DNA from: a phage
Sequence record: PX880099.1
Strand: one strand, 5' to 3'
Length of the DNA: 64,000 nt
Made by a program: the position numbers and the translations under genes. Below are positions 35,658-46,151 of the stretch, piece by piece (within the stretch, counting starts at the first letter, position 1; each line of letters starts with the position of its first letter). The notes under the pieces are model-generated. The model saw only the letters and a program-made list of their open reading frames with translations. It made no database searches and was not told the DNA's origin.

Positions 35658-36499
35658 TACCTCTCCTTATTAAGTAATACTGCTAAAGACTGTTCAATAC
35701 CTTTATTTAAATCTGATTTTGTAAGATAGTGACTGGTTACTAGTTGTGACTTCACCGGACGTGCTGCTGGAGCATTATAGGTTGAAGCTGATACCGCCGA
35801 TATCTTAACAGGTTCTGGCATCTGTGTCAAGATCTTTTCCGCAAACTCCGCCCAAGAAATAAGATGGCTTCCTGCAAAATGGTAAGTCTTAACAGACCTT
35901 GACCAACCTGTTTTTAATACTTCAAAAATAGCTTCTGCTAAATCTGGAGCATATGTTGGACAAGAGAACTGATCAGCAACAATAATAAAATCACGTTGTC
36001 CATCATTATAGCGAGACAACATGGTTTTTAGAAAGTTATTTCCAAATTCGCTATATACCGAGGCTGTTCGAATAATATATGCATTTGGGTTAACTCCTCG
36101 CACCATTTTTTCACCAAGTTCTTTCGTATACCCATAATTGTTTATTGGGTTAGGTGTAGTATCTTCAAAAATAGGATGAGAATAATTAAAAATATAGTCT
36201 GTGGAAATATGCACAAAATCAATTTTAAGTTTGCTGCACACTGCCGCAATATTTGCAGGGCCATAAGCATTAACAGCCAAAGCAGTAGCAAAATCTTGTT
36301 CGGCTTTATCTACAGCCGTATAAGCGGCGCAATTAATAACACCATCTACATAATCTTCAATAATAGCGTTTCGCACAGCTTCAAAATTTGTAATATCTAC
36401 ACGTTCTTTAGGATAAATTAAAGATACATTTGCAGGGGCAACTTTACGTAAAGCTTGTCCCAGTTGTCCATTACCACCCAATACCAAATATGTTAGCAT
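35657..36499 (-). CDS. rmlD: dTDP-4-dehydrorhamnose reductase
   Basis: N-terminal YLVLGGNGQLG Rossmann motif; 280 aa; ATGA-coupled to rmlC. Confidence 0.8.
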   Translation of the reverse strand: MLTYLVLGGNGQLGQALRKVAPANVSLIYPKERVDITNFEAVRNAIIEDYVDGVINCAAYTAVDKAEQDFATALAVNAYGPANIAAVCSKLKIDFVHISTDYIFNYSHPIFEDTTPNPINNYGYTKELGEKMVRGVNPNAYIIRTASVYSEFGNNFLKTMLSRYNDGQRDFIIVADQFSCPTYAPDLAEAIFEVLKTGWSRSVKTYHFAGSHLISWAEFAEKILTQMPEPVKISAVSASTYNAPAARPVKSQLVTSHYLTKSDLNKGIEQSLAVLLNKER

Positions 36500-37059
36500 A
36501 CACCCTCGCTACGTAACTGTTGAAAAGATTTAGCCATTGCATCTTTTGTTGATAGGATAGGTTTAAAACCTTCATCAAAAATCATATCGAAGCCCCAATC
36601 GATCCCTATATCAGGATCATCCCAACGTAAACTTTGTTCACTAGAAGGGTCGTATGGAGTTGTGCATTTGTATTCAAAGATAGCATCCATACTCAAAACT
36701 ATAAAACCATGTGCCAAACCAGGTGGAAGCCAAAACTGCGTATGGTGTCGTGCACGAAGAACAACACCGTCCCAAGCACCGTAAGTAGGACTATCTTTAC
36801 GTAAGTCTACAGCGAAATCCAATACTTCACCACTTACACAACGAACAAGCTTACCTTGCGGATTATTTGTTTGAAAGTGCATTCCTCGCAAAACACCGAA
36901 GTTTGATTTAGACATGTTATCTTGAACGAAAGTTTGTCTACCAATAATATCTTCGTATTTTTGTTCATTATATGTTTCTAAAAAGAAACCACGGTCATCT
37001 TTATAAACGTCTGGTTTGATAATTACCGCACCTTCAATTTTTGTTTTTTCTACTTTCAT
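36493..37059 (-). CDS. rmlC: dTDP-4-dehydrorhamnose 3,5-epimerase
   Basis: [25 protein letters not shown]; start at ATG 37059 overlapping rmlA stop. Confidence 0.85.
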   Translation of the reverse strand: MKVEKTKIEGAVIIKPDVYKDDRGFFLETYNEQKYEDIIGRQTFVQDNMSKSNFGVLRGMHFQTNNPQGKLVRCVSGEVLDFAVDLRKDSPTYGAWDGVVLRARHHTQFWLPPGLAHGFIVLSMDAIFEYKCTTPYDPSSEQSLRWDDPDIGIDWGFDMIFDEGFKPILSTKDAMAKSFQQLRSEGVC

Positions 37060-37934
37060 TTTCCCTCCGCTAATTTGAGTAGGTATTGCCCGTACTCTGT
37101 TTTCTTCAGTGAGTTTCCATGATAGACCAAAGTCTCTAAAGAAATCCACCCTTTTTTGAAAGCAATTTCTTCCAGGCACGCAATCTTCAATCCTTGACAG
37201 TTCTCAATAGTCTGCACGAATTGACCAGCTTCCATCAGACTGGCGTGTGTTCCTGTGTCAAGCCAAGTAAATCCTCGTCCGAGAACTTCTACTTGTAACT
37301 TCCTGTCTTCGAGGTAGCTGCGATTGATATCGGTGATCTCCAGTTCTCCACGCGCGGAAGGGGTTACTTCTAATGCACGTTGAATAACAGAGTTATCATA
37401 GAAATACAAACCTGTGACAGCATAATCTGATTTAGGATTTTCAGGTTTCTCTTCAATAGAAATAACTTGACGATTACTCCCAAATTCAACCACACCGAAT
37501 CGTTCAGGATCTTTCACCAAACACCCGAAGATACAAGCTCCGCCCCAAACATCTACCATCTCACTAGCGTTAATCAGTAGTTTACCAAAGCTTTGTCCGA
37601 AGAACAGGTTGTCACCTAAAATAAGAGCAACAGAGTCTTCTCCGATAAAATCTTTACCGATGATGAAAGCGTCCGCAAGACCTCGTGGCTCGGATTGGAT
37701 TGCGTAAGTGAGTTTTATCCCAAACATAGACCCATCTCCAAGAAGATGCTCAAAGTCTTCCTGATCGCCTGGTGTGGTGATGATTAAGATATCCTTAATG
37801 TCAGCCAACATCAATACCGATAAAGGGTAGTAGATCATGGGTTTGTCATACACAGGGAGCAATTGCTTGCTCACACTGCGTGTTACCGGATGAAGGCGGG
37901 TTCCACTTCCTCCCGCCAAAATAATACCTTTCAT
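37056..37934 (-). CDS. rmlA: glucose-1-phosphate thymidylyltransferase
   Basis: [39 protein letters not shown]. Confidence 0.9.
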   Translation of the reverse strand: MKGIILAGGSGTRLHPVTRSVSKQLLPVYDKPMIYYPLSVLMLADIKDILIITTPGDQEDFEHLLGDGSMFGIKLTYAIQSEPRGLADAFIIGKDFIGEDSVALILGDNLFFGQSFGKLLINASEMVDVWGGACIFGCLVKDPERFGVVEFGSNRQVISIEEKPENPKSDYAVTGLYFYDNSVIQRALEVTPSARGELEITDINRSYLEDRKLQVEVLGRGFTWLDTGTHASLMEAGQFVQTIENCQGLKIACLEEIAFKKGWISLETLVYHGNSLKKTEYGQYLLKLAEGK

Positions 37935-37942
37935 AACCCTCC

Positions 37943-38935
37943 TTAAATCTTCTCACTCCACCATTGAGGGTTGTTTAAGTACCATTCAATCGTTGAGTAG
38001 AGATCTTGTTCAAATGTAGAGTTTGCACTCCAACCCAGTTCAGACTCTATTTTAGAAGGATTGATTTCATAACGCAAGTCATGTCCTTTACGATCTTCAA
38101 CAAAAGTTATCAAGTTGGAAGAAGGGTAGGTTCCTGCTTCTGGATGTACAGCATCCATGTAGTCACAAACCATATAGATGATCTCCATATTGGTTTTGGG
38201 ATTACGTGTTCCAACATTATACGTTTGACCTGGTTCTCCACCTGTTGCCACTTGAAGAATAGCTCGCGCATGATCCTCAACAAAAAGCCAGTCTCGCACC
38301 TGATCGCCTTTACCATACACCGGAATCTCTTTATTCGTCAAGATACTTGTGATGATTTTTGGGATCAGCTTTTCTGGATGTTGATAAGGTCCAAAGTTAT
38401 TGGAGCAGTTGGTTATCACAACAGGTAAACCGTAGGTACGGTACCAAGCTTTCACAAGATGGTCAGATGCTGCCTTAGACGCACTGTACGGGCTTGAAGG
38501 GGCATAAGCTGTCTCTTCGGTAAAGGGAACGCCAGAGTCTGCCATATCGCCGTACACTTCGTCTGTGGAGACGTGTACGAACATCTTCAGTTTATTTTTT
38601 GGGAGGAGCCTTGCAGCTTCCAATAAATTGTATGTGCCAATAATATTGGAGTCGATGAAAACTCGTGGATTCTTGATAGAATTATCCACATGACTCTCTG
38701 CCGCTAAGTGAATGATGAAATCGGGATTGCACTCTACTACTAAACTTTTGACCTGGGTTTCGTTTGCCAAATCTGTTATGCTTAGTTTAACGTGAGTGAT
38801 ATCGCCTACATTCTCAATATCTGCTGCATAGCCCATCTTATCAACGACAAAAACTTCGTTATTGGGATCTTGACAAAGAGAGCGCACCACGGCACTCCCA
38901 ATAAAACCAAGACCACCTGTTACCAGATAGCGCAT
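37943..38935 (-). CDS. rmlB: dTDP-glucose 4,6-dehydratase
   Basis: [30 protein letters not shown] (YxxxK), HVSTDEVYG. Confidence 0.9.
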   Translation of the reverse strand: MRYLVTGGLGFIGSAVVRSLCQDPNNEVFVVDKMGYAADIENVGDITHVKLSITDLANETQVKSLVVECNPDFIIHLAAESHVDNSIKNPRVFIDSNIIGTYNLLEAARLLPKNKLKMFVHVSTDEVYGDMADSGVPFTEETAYAPSSPYSASKAASDHLVKAWYRTYGLPVVITNCSNNFGPYQHPEKLIPKIITSILTNKEIPVYGKGDQVRDWLFVEDHARAILQVATGGEPGQTYNVGTRNPKTNMEIIYMVCDYMDAVHPEAGTYPSSNLITFVEDRKGHDLRYEINPSKIESELGWSANSTFEQDLYSTIEWYLNNPQWWSEKI

Positions 38936-38944
38936 CAGTTCTCC

Positions 38945-39271
38945 TTACCAGACATGTTGAGAAATAATAGTTTCCGTTTTAATGTTATATTTTTCAAGTA
39001 GCTTTGCATAGGCTTCTTTTGCATTCTCATTCAATTGCTCAAGATCTACAGCTATGCTTCCTTCTCCGCCTTCTAAATCAAGGCCATATATGCAATAAGA
39101 CTCATCCGCATCGTAGAAAGGAGAGATGCGGCTTAAGTCAAGACCTTCTTGTAAGAACCAGTTAAAATCTCCGTCAAATTCTTCTTCAATTCTAGGATCT
39201 TCTCCTACAGCCTCTTCCCACTTATTAAAAGGTGCACCCTGTAACATACGCCATTCGATATCAATACCCAT
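38945..39271 (-). CDS. hypothetical acidic protein (108 aa)
   Basis: ORF. Confidence 0.5.
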   Translation of the reverse strand: MGIDIEWRMLQGAPFNKWEEAVGEDPRIEEEFDGDFNWFLQEGLDLSRISPFYDADESYCIYGLDLEGGEGSIAVDLEQLNENAKEAYAKLLEKYNIKTETIISQHVW

Positions 39272-39425
39272 TTTTCATCTCCTCCTCTTCTTGAGCAGCT
39301 TTAATAATTGCTTCATAAATATCGTAAGCAATGCCTCCACAACATCTAGCTTCGAAAGCTATTGCTTCTGCAATGTGATCTGTTAATTCTCGTGGAATGC
39401 GAACATACTCTTTTTCACTCTCCAT
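39261..39425 (-). CDS. small hypothetical protein (54 aa)
   Basis: MESEKEYVRIPRELTDHIAEAIAFEARCCGG...; below ORF-track cutoff. Confidence 0.3.
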   Translation of the reverse strand: MESEKEYVRIPRELTDHIAEAIAFEARCCGGIAYDIYEAIIKAAQEEEEMKNGY

Positions 39426-39567
39426 CTTCTACCTCCAACCCTTCTTTTTCAAAGACTACTACTCGTCCCTCACCATGACAATTCAGGCAAGGAAATGTTA
39501 CCATAATTTCCACTTCCATCTGTCCCGTCCCACCGCACACAGGACAAAAAATAAGTTTTTCAGCCAC
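39415..39567 (-). CDS. small zinc-ribbon protein (50 aa, GTG start)
   Basis: SD AGGAGG then GTG; CPVCGG...CLNCHG. Confidence 0.35.
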   Translation of the reverse strand: MAEKLIFCPVCGGTGQMEVEIMVTFPCLNCHGEGRVVVFEKEGLEVEDGE

Positions 39568-39776
39568 TATTCCTCCTTAATTATTTCAAATTTGGCAACA
39601 CCATTTACAATAATATGACCACAAGACATAACTCCTAGCCAAGGATCGCCGTTTTTCTTCAGGCGTTTACCGAATACATCACAAAAACCATTCTTCATTT
39701 CAGAGGCTTCATAAGAAGCCCCTTTATCAAAAACGTCTTTGAATGTGTCAATTATACCAACACATTTCAAAATCAT
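39567..39776 (-). CDS. hypothetical protein (69 aa)
   Basis: ATGA-coupled to nrdB. Confidence 0.5.
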   Translation of the reverse strand: MILKCVGIIDTFKDVFDKGASYEASEMKNGFCDVFGKRLKKNGDPWLGVMSCGHIIVNGVAKFEIIKEE

Positions 39777-40861
39777 TCGAAGTCAAGCTCCTCATCATCA
39801 GAGAGATCTTTGTTAGCTGAATTCAATTTGTAGTTAGTTAACTGAATCTCTTGGGCTGCTGACTGAATCAAATCAGGATTCAACCATTTTTCCATCCAAG
39901 CTAAAGGGCTATGTTTAGGTGCTTTAAACTTGGCTTTCATTTTCAATCGACGATAAATAGGAGCAGCATTGAAATAAACCCACTGTTTAGACAATTCGGC
40001 GTTAAGACCTACAATAAAACGACCTTCACTAAACAGGTAGTCACACCACTGTTCCTCTTGTTCAACAACAGTGTCGAGGATCAAAGTCAACTCTTCAATA
40101 TTGTCTTCGTAAATTTTACGCCAAATTGGGTCATGCATCAATGCATCAATTACAGCATAATCCATCTTAACATGCAAGATTTCATCTAGCATAATTTTCT
40201 GGATCAGTTTACAAGCCCCAACAAACAGTTGTTGTTCTGCCATAGCAAAAGTAGCAGAGAAGGAAGATATAAACTGAATACCTTCTAATCCAATTAGGGC
40301 TACCATCCCTTTAAGAATCAGCAATCGAAGTTCATCGTTAGCTTCAATCAATCCTAGAGCATACTTATGACCAGCTTCTTCCAACTGACCCATGATATCA
40401 GCAATGATACCCATACGATTGAAAATTTTATCATTAATCATAATCTGATTGATGACTTCGATTGGATCTGGAGTACATTGACGGATTATTTCAGAATACG
40501 TTAACGCATGGAGAACTTCCATTTCACTCTGCTTCATCATCATAGCACAGGCTTCATTGTTACTCAAGAATGGAGAGAACAAAGTGATGATTGATTTTGC
40601 AAGAGAATCATTTTCCCATTGGAACGATAAGTTTTTAATCATAACATCATAGTTGTTTTTAGAACAAGCTACGAAATCTTTACGTGTCTGATCCAGATTG
40701 ACTTCATTCTCATCCCAATCTTGTGCTTTTTGAAGTTTGTAGAGTTTGTGCATCTCTGGATAAGTTACGTTAACAGAATCAAAGATCCCTAATTGTTCCC
40801 CTAAAAATACTGGATATTTTCCTGTTTTGTAAACTTCATTGTGTAAATTAATTGCTGCCAT
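39773..40861 (-). CDS. nrdB: ribonucleotide reductase small (beta) subunit, class I
   Basis: LIGLEGIQFISSFSATFAMAE, acidic C-terminal tail DDEELDFE. Confidence 0.85.
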   Translation of the reverse strand: MAAINLHNEVYKTGKYPVFLGEQLGIFDSVNVTYPEMHKLYKLQKAQDWDENEVNLDQTRKDFVACSKNNYDVMIKNLSFQWENDSLAKSIITLFSPFLSNNEACAMMMKQSEMEVLHALTYSEIIRQCTPDPIEVINQIMINDKIFNRMGIIADIMGQLEEAGHKYALGLIEANDELRLLILKGMVALIGLEGIQFISSFSATFAMAEQQLFVGACKLIQKIMLDEILHVKMDYAVIDALMHDPIWRKIYEDNIEELTLILDTVVEQEEQWCDYLFSEGRFIVGLNAELSKQWVYFNAAPIYRRLKMKAKFKAPKHSPLAWMEKWLNPDLIQSAAQEIQLTNYKLNSANKDLSDDEELDFE

Positions 40862-40882
40862 TTAAAATTCTCCTCAATAAAA

Positions 40883-40898
40883 AGGGGCCGAAGCCCCT
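40883..40898 (-). other. conserved hairpin AGGGGCCGAAGCCCCT (copy 3 of 3)
   Basis: Between nrdA stop and nrdB start. Confidence 0.6.
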
Positions 40899-40905
40899 AG
40901 TTTCA

Positions 40906-43146
40906 TCACATCTTGCAAGCTTCACAACCACCATCAGAATCTTCTTGTGCTAAAGAGTCTGCTGATTTTGTTCTACTATTAAGGTAATACAATGATTTGC
41001 CACCCAGTCTAGCAAAATTCAGAATAAACTGCATCTCAGCTTTCACGGATAAACGTCCACCTACCAATTTAGAATAATCTAGCCAAGAATCACAAGAAAT
41101 TCCTTGGTCAGTAAACTTGGTAAAGATACCATACATTTCTGCAAGATCTTTAGCCGGAGTATCCCAGGCGGATTGGTAGAACATTTTCAGTTTTTCGTAG
41201 TCTGGAACAATAAATAATACACTACCTTTCTGACTCTGTTTATACATAATAGTATCACGAACAGGATACAAAGAGTTAGTAGTATTGCTTACCAAACTGC
41301 TGGACTCATTAGGTGCAATAGCAGCCAATACACTGTTACGGATACCACCTTGTTCAATGATTTCAGCACGTAAGCCTTCCCAGTCCATTTTAAGATCAAA
41401 ATTACCGATACTATCTACTGTTTTAGCATAGGTGTCAATTGGTAGCCAACCTTGAGGCCATTTGGTCTTATCGATCCATTCCGCATTACCTTTTTCCTTA
41501 GCCAGACGCAGAGAGGCTTTTGCCAACCAAAAGTAATGACGTTCTGCAAGTTCATGCATTAATTTTTTAGCATAAGCATCTGAATAATTTACAAAATTAC
41601 TTGCCAAGTAATGCGCTAAGTTTGTAATACCTACACCAATAGATCTACGTGCTTTAGCAGTTATTTCGTTATGTTTAAATGGATAATCCATTGTTTCAAT
41701 AACGTTGTCAATTGTCAATACAGTGTAGTATGCAACATCCTCATATTCTTCAGGTAATACACGACCAGCAACAATAGAAGATAAGAAGCATAAAGCCAAT
41801 TCTTGATCTTCTGTATTCTCACCAGTAAAGAGATCCGGCATACTGTGGAAAGCTTTAGTTGGCAAGAAGATCTCTTGACACAGGTTTGATTGATACACCG
41901 TATCCAGGAAAGGTGTATGGTTGTTAACGTTGTCAGCAAAGAACATGTAAATACGTCCTGTTTCTGCACGTTGAACAATAATCTCTGTCAGAAGATCACG
42001 AGCCTTAACAAATTTTTTCTTAATGCGTCGTCTACTTACTTTGTCATAAACTGCATCAAACTCTTCTTCACTTTTATATAAAGCTTCATAAAGTTCAGGA
42101 GCATCATCACAACTAACTAACATCCAGTCTTCGTTTTTTGCTGCTCGACGCAAGAACGAACGGTTAACAACAATAGAATAATCTAGTTTATCCACTCGTT
42201 TATCTATAGGTGTTGTTGGATTCTTCAGTCGAATCAGATCGTCGAAGTCTGGTTCAAGTATGGTAAAGGTAACTGTAGCACTACCTCCACGGCTTGCTTG
42301 CTTTGAAGCTCCAACACTATCTTCCATCCATTTCAGATACGGAAGAAGACCACCGTGAATAATACGATTATTCTTAACACCTTGACCTGTGGCACGAGTT
42401 TGAAGATTAACACCAATACCTGCGTTATTCAACGTATACTCATGAGCTAAGTAATTAGCAATGGCTAAAGATTCTGCCGTATCGTCTGCACGGAATAAAC
42501 AACAAGACGCACTTCCTTTGATTGGAGTTCGTAGAGTTGTCAGATACGGCGATGGCAGATTAATCTTAAGATCGCTAACATAAGTATAAAGTTTTTTAAT
42601 ATCTTCTATACGGCGTTCTTTTGGTTGGATCTCCATAACCTTCATTGCGACACCAATGAAAAGAAACTGTGGAGACTCATGCACCACATCGTTTACTGCA
42701 TCTCGAATAAGATATTTATCCACCATTTGACGTAAAACAGAATAACCATAAGTTAGATTTTTATTATGCTTTACAATCTTACCGATTTCTTTGATCTCTT
42801 CATCAGTATAATCCATTTTAGCCCAATGACCACGTTCTACCATATCATGATAAAAGGTATTCAGTGAAGGGATACTGTGGTATCCCCCATGAGCCTGTTT
42901 GTAAATCATACCTAGAAGAAGTCTTCCTGCCATATCACTGTAAGCTTGTGTTTTCTTGTCAATACACGCTGCAATCATTGCTTTATGCAGATCACGTGTA
43001 GACACACCGTCATAACACCGCTTCACAGCTTCTAATTCAATTTCAGACCAGTTTAGTTTACCTGCTGCAAATTCCGACCACTTGCGAAGTTTTTCTGGGT
43101 TAAACTCCTCTGTCTTACCATTAGATTTAGTTACAAAACGAATCAA
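40906..43146 (-). CDS. nrdA: ribonucleoside-diphosphate reductase large (alpha) subunit
   Basis: 746 aa; SNLCQEIFLPT active-site region; C-terminal CEACKM. Confidence 0.9.
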   Translation of the reverse strand: MIRFVTKSNGKTEEFNPEKLRKWSEFAAGKLNWSEIELEAVKRCYDGVSTRDLHKAMIAACIDKKTQAYSDMAGRLLLGMIYKQAHGGYHSIPSLNTFYHDMVERGHWAKMDYTDEEIKEIGKIVKHNKNLTYGYSVLRQMVDKYLIRDAVNDVVHESPQFLFIGVAMKVMEIQPKERRIEDIKKLYTYVSDLKINLPSPYLTTLRTPIKGSASCCLFRADDTAESLAIANYLAHEYTLNNAGIGVNLQTRATGQGVKNNRIIHGGLLPYLKWMEDSVGASKQASRGGSATVTFTILEPDFDDLIRLKNPTTPIDKRVDKLDYSIVVNRSFLRRAAKNEDWMLVSCDDAPELYEALYKSEEEFDAVYDKVSRRRIKKKFVKARDLLTEIIVQRAETGRIYMFFADNVNNHTPFLDTVYQSNLCQEIFLPTKAFHSMPDLFTGENTEDQELALCFLSSIVAGRVLPEEYEDVAYYTVLTIDNVIETMDYPFKHNEITAKARRSIGVGITNLAHYLASNFVNYSDAYAKKLMHELAERHYFWLAKASLRLAKEKGNAEWIDKTKWPQGWLPIDTYAKTVDSIGNFDLKMDWEGLRAEIIEQGGIRNSVLAAIAPNESSSLVSNTTNSLYPVRDTIMYKQSQKGSVLFIVPDYEKLKMFYQSAWDTPAKDLAEMYGIFTKFTDQGISCDSWLDYSKLVGGRLSVKAEMQFILNFARLGGKSLYYLNSRTKSADSLAQEDSDGGCEACKM

Positions 43147-43162
43147 CTTCTCCTCCCTATTA

Positions 43163-43417
43163 TTAATGCATATTCAAAACATCTACATCATAACCGAACT
43201 TCATTTCATTAAAAAGTCCATTAGCATATAGAAAACCTTCAAAATGAGTTATGTCATCAAACCCTTTTGCTTTTGCTCGACGATCTGCTTCTTGTCTTTT
43301 AGGAGATAAACGTTTTGAAGTGTCTAGAATTACAGTTACATTACAACCAATAGTTTCATCAAAATAGACTTCGATTTCACAGCCTTCATATTTATTATCA
43401 GTCATTGTCCCTCTCAT
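43163..43417 (-). CDS. hypothetical protein (84 aa)
   Basis: ORF. Confidence 0.5.
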   Translation of the reverse strand: MRGTMTDNKYEGCEIEVYFDETIGCNVTVILDTSKRLSPKRQEADRRAKAKGFDDITHFEGFLYANGLFNEMKFGYDVDVLNMH

Positions 43418-43857
43418 TGATTAGTATCATCTGCTTTCGCAGGATCATAAGAGTTACCGAAATCATCCATCTTAATATGTGACGCACCCCAACCTGTAAA
43501 TTCTTCATCACCAAAATGAAAAATATCATTTTCTTGATAGATTCGTTTAAAACCACAATTAGGTGAAACAGGGAAAGTGAAAAGCGTTGTATTTGCAAAC
43601 ACTACTCGCTTATCGTTATTGCTTCGGATATTCACATTACGCTCAACAGAGTAGTGTGAATCTTCAGCCATACCCAGCATTACAAGCGACGCTCTAATAA
43701 CAGCATTTTGTTTCTCGTGTGGGATATTGCCATTGTGTTTATTTGATTCTAGTTTCCAGATAGGGGTAGACATTACAGTAGACATGCTTACGGTAGCCCA
43801 AGTTGTAGTATTTACTAATGACATATTTTCTCCTTCGTTTTGAATGGGAGGACTCAC
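43414..43857 (-). CDS. hypothetical protein (147 aa)
   Basis: ORF. Confidence 0.5.
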   Translation of the reverse strand: MSPPIQNEGENMSLVNTTTWATVSMSTVMSTPIWKLESNKHNGNIPHEKQNAVIRASLVMLGMAEDSHYSVERNVNIRSNNDKRVVFANTTLFTFPVSPNCGFKRIYQENDIFHFGDEEFTGWGASHIKMDDFGNSYDPAKADDTNQ

Positions 43858-43922
43858 CTCCTCCCAGTATTGTGCTATATTATACTAAAACTAATACTAA
43901 AGTCAATAACTATTTAAACAGA

Positions 43923-44921
43923 TCACCATTTAGTATGATTTGTTAAAAGTTGACGATGTTGAATCCAACCTTTGAAATTGCCAGACCAAAACTTACCATT
44001 ACGATCTACATGGGTAATACCTGGTTCCCAAGAGTTAAAATCCCAAGGAGCATTGATAAACAAATCTTCAAAACAGTTCTCTCCGTATTGTTCGCATGTT
44101 TCTTGCATTGGGGTGGCTTGATGTTCAAACGGAGAAGCATGAACCTTGCGCCCAGTCAGCAAACGACCATAGATATCTAAAGCTTTATCTTTAGTTGCAT
44201 TTAAACGACGATAGCTAACCTGTGCACAACACGAAGCTGAAATAGCTTTGGCTTCTTCCAAAGTAAGCACGACAACTTCTCCAGATTCATCTTGAACGTA
44301 GTATCCACCAAAAACAAAATGATCGTCACCTTCTGTGCCAATATTATCATAGAAATGGTCTACATAAGGTGTGTGCCATTGCCCTGGTTTCAGCACTTCT
44401 GGTGTAGATTCTTCATACTCTTTGTGCATCTCTTTAGCCAAAGCTTCGATAGTAGGATCGGCTTCTTTGTCATCACGTAGCCACCAGAAATTTTCATATT
44501 CTGTTGCTGTCAGAACTGTTTTAATTCGTTGGAAAGGTTCCAGAAGACGGTTTGCAACTTGTTTGTGGTACCCTGCCAAAGAGAATTCTTCTGCAAAACG
44601 TGCTGCACTAAGCGCGGCAAGATCCCACCACTCTTGAGCAGTATAACCTGCATCAATAAGAGCGTCATGATCAACACCTTTATCCTGCATACCAGGTTGG
44701 TTAGCCCCAAAACGATAAGGACGAGCAGGCTGATTTCGCACCATTTCGATCAGTGTTTTAACAGGTATAGCACGGCTAGAAGCAGCGTTACGACTGAATA
44801 GGCGGTGAGTCATCAGTTCTGAATGAATAATACGTGGATATTCAAGTTCGAAAGTTACAATCTCTTTTCCGTCTTCAGTGATGGAATGTGCAATAATACT
44901 AGCCGAAATCTGTTTTGTCAT
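43923..44921 (-). CDS. thyX: flavin-dependent thymidylate synthase
   Basis: ThyX motif THRLFSRNAASSRA (RHR...S...S.R). Confidence 0.8.
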   Translation of the reverse strand: MTKQISASIIAHSITEDGKEIVTFELEYPRIIHSELMTHRLFSRNAASSRAIPVKTLIEMVRNQPARPYRFGANQPGMQDKGVDHDALIDAGYTAQEWWDLAALSAARFAEEFSLAGYHKQVANRLLEPFQRIKTVLTATEYENFWWLRDDKEADPTIEALAKEMHKEYEESTPEVLKPGQWHTPYVDHFYDNIGTEGDDHFVFGGYYVQDESGEVVVLTLEEAKAISASCCAQVSYRRLNATKDKALDIYGRLLTGRKVHASPFEHQATPMQETCEQYGENCFEDLFINAPWDFNSWEPGITHVDRNGKFWSGNFKGWIQHRQLLTNHTKW

Positions 44922-44930
44922 TTTTTCTCC

Positions 44931-45539
44931 TTAGTTTTTAAAATTGTTCAAAGTGTTAAAAACATCCAAACATGTTAGCCACTGATCTTCTAAACCTGTG
45001 ATCACAACATTTGGTTTTTTCTTTAGTTCTTCTAGATGGTTATCTTTATAAGGCGTATTAAAATATATTTTAACCACTTCATCTGGAAAATATAGTAGGT
45101 TATCAGCCCTGTCATCTATTGCTATATCACAAGGCAATAAATATTTTTCTTTCGTAGCAAAAAAGCCGTTACCAGATCCTTTGCTAAAATCAATCGTATC
45201 TAATGTTCTTAAAACATGCTTATGTTTAGAACTTAAGTGACCACCTTTTGTCACACTTGCGATCAAAAGATTGCTACCTTTCCTTGAAACATACTTTAAG
45301 AAATCTGGCATACCTGGAACAAAACCCATTGTATCATAGAGATGAGGATTATCCAGAAATCCGTAAGGATCTATATTGAACTCCTCCCTGAAACCAGGAA
45401 AGTAGTTGGTAAGATCATAGTCTGCATTTTTTGTGAATGTGTCTATCTTAACACCAAGTCCACTAATCTTATTCAACCATTCTAACCAAGCAACATCTAA
45501 TGGAGCCACAACTAAATCCCAATCACATACTATCTGCAT
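44931..45539 (-). CDS. HAD-like 5'(3')-deoxyribonucleotidase (putative)
   Basis: N-terminal IVCDWDLVVAPLD resembles the D-x-D-x-V-[LV]-A HAD motif I; about 200 aa. Confidence 0.4.
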   Translation of the reverse strand: MQIVCDWDLVVAPLDVAWLEWLNKISGLGVKIDTFTKNADYDLTNYFPGFREEFNIDPYGFLDNPHLYDTMGFVPGMPDFLKYVSRKGSNLLIASVTKGGHLSSKHKHVLRTLDTIDFSKGSGNGFFATKEKYLLPCDIAIDDRADNLLYFPDEVVKIYFNTPYKDNHLEELKKKPNVVITGLEDQWLTCLDVFNTLNNFKN

Positions 45540-45575
45540 AAAACCTCCTCTCTCTTTTAGTATAGTTATCTTATA

Positions 45576-46151
45576 CTAACTTTCAATTTCCTGCAATAGG
45601 ATTTTGACTATTTGTTTGCGGCGTTTTGCTACTGTGCTTTCAGGTTCTATTTTACGCTTCTTCAACCAAGCTTTATCTTTCTTAGCTCTACACAAAGCTA
45701 TCGCTTCTTTTTCAGCTTTTGCTTCTTCAAAAGATATGCCTTGCTTGTCTGCATAAGCAAGAATAGAGTTGCACAATTTACAAACCATTCGCAAATCTTC
45801 TTCTTTCACATAGATTAAACGGAAAACAAAAAGAGGAATATCATCAAAACATTGAAGTTGTTTTGCTGCGTGAATATGATCCACTTGGAAGTCTTTCATT
45901 CCTCCTCTATGTCCACATATTTCGCACTCACAATTCCAAACTTGTTTTGGTTTTCCAGTTTTCTTATCTATCATTACATTGCCGTCTTTATCTACACGAT
46001 CAACTTTAAAACGCCTTGCATTGATAACCTTAATTTTATTAGGGTGTCTCATCCATGCTTTTCTAAAGCATCCCCTAAGATAAGTATAAAATTCAGCTTG
46101 TGTTTTCCAGGGTGTTCCTTCACCCCACATTATTTTTGGTTCACCTGCCAA
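45576..46151 (-). CDS. HNH-endonuclease-like protein (putative)
   Basis: CECEICGH...VDHIHA...KLCN; basic C-terminus. Confidence 0.4.
   Translation of the reverse strand: MAGEPKIMWGEGTPWKTQAEFYTYLRGCFRKAWMRHPNKIKVINARRFKVDRVDKDGNVMIDKKTGKPKQVWNCECEICGHRGGMKDFQVDHIHAAKQLQCFDDIPLFVFRLIYVKEEDLRMVCKLCNSILAYADKQGISFEEAKAEKEAIALCRAKKDKAWLKKRKIEPESTVAKRRKQIVKILLQEIES

Noticed and set aside
38006-38428. Opposite-strand ORFs inside confidently assigned genes (e.g. 38006..38428 in rmlB, 41715..41978 and 41890..42081 in nrdA, 44292..44801 in thyX, 6139..6462, 15288..15632, 23514..23708)
   Set aside because: They lie antisense to ORFs with strong family motifs or better coding context and have no ribosome-binding sites; treated as shadow ORFs
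43414-43857. Possible dUTPase or dCMP deaminase among nucleotide-metabolism genes
   Set aside because: Neither dUTPase motifs nor the HAE...PCxxC deaminase signature were found in this ORF or 43163..43417; left as hypothetical
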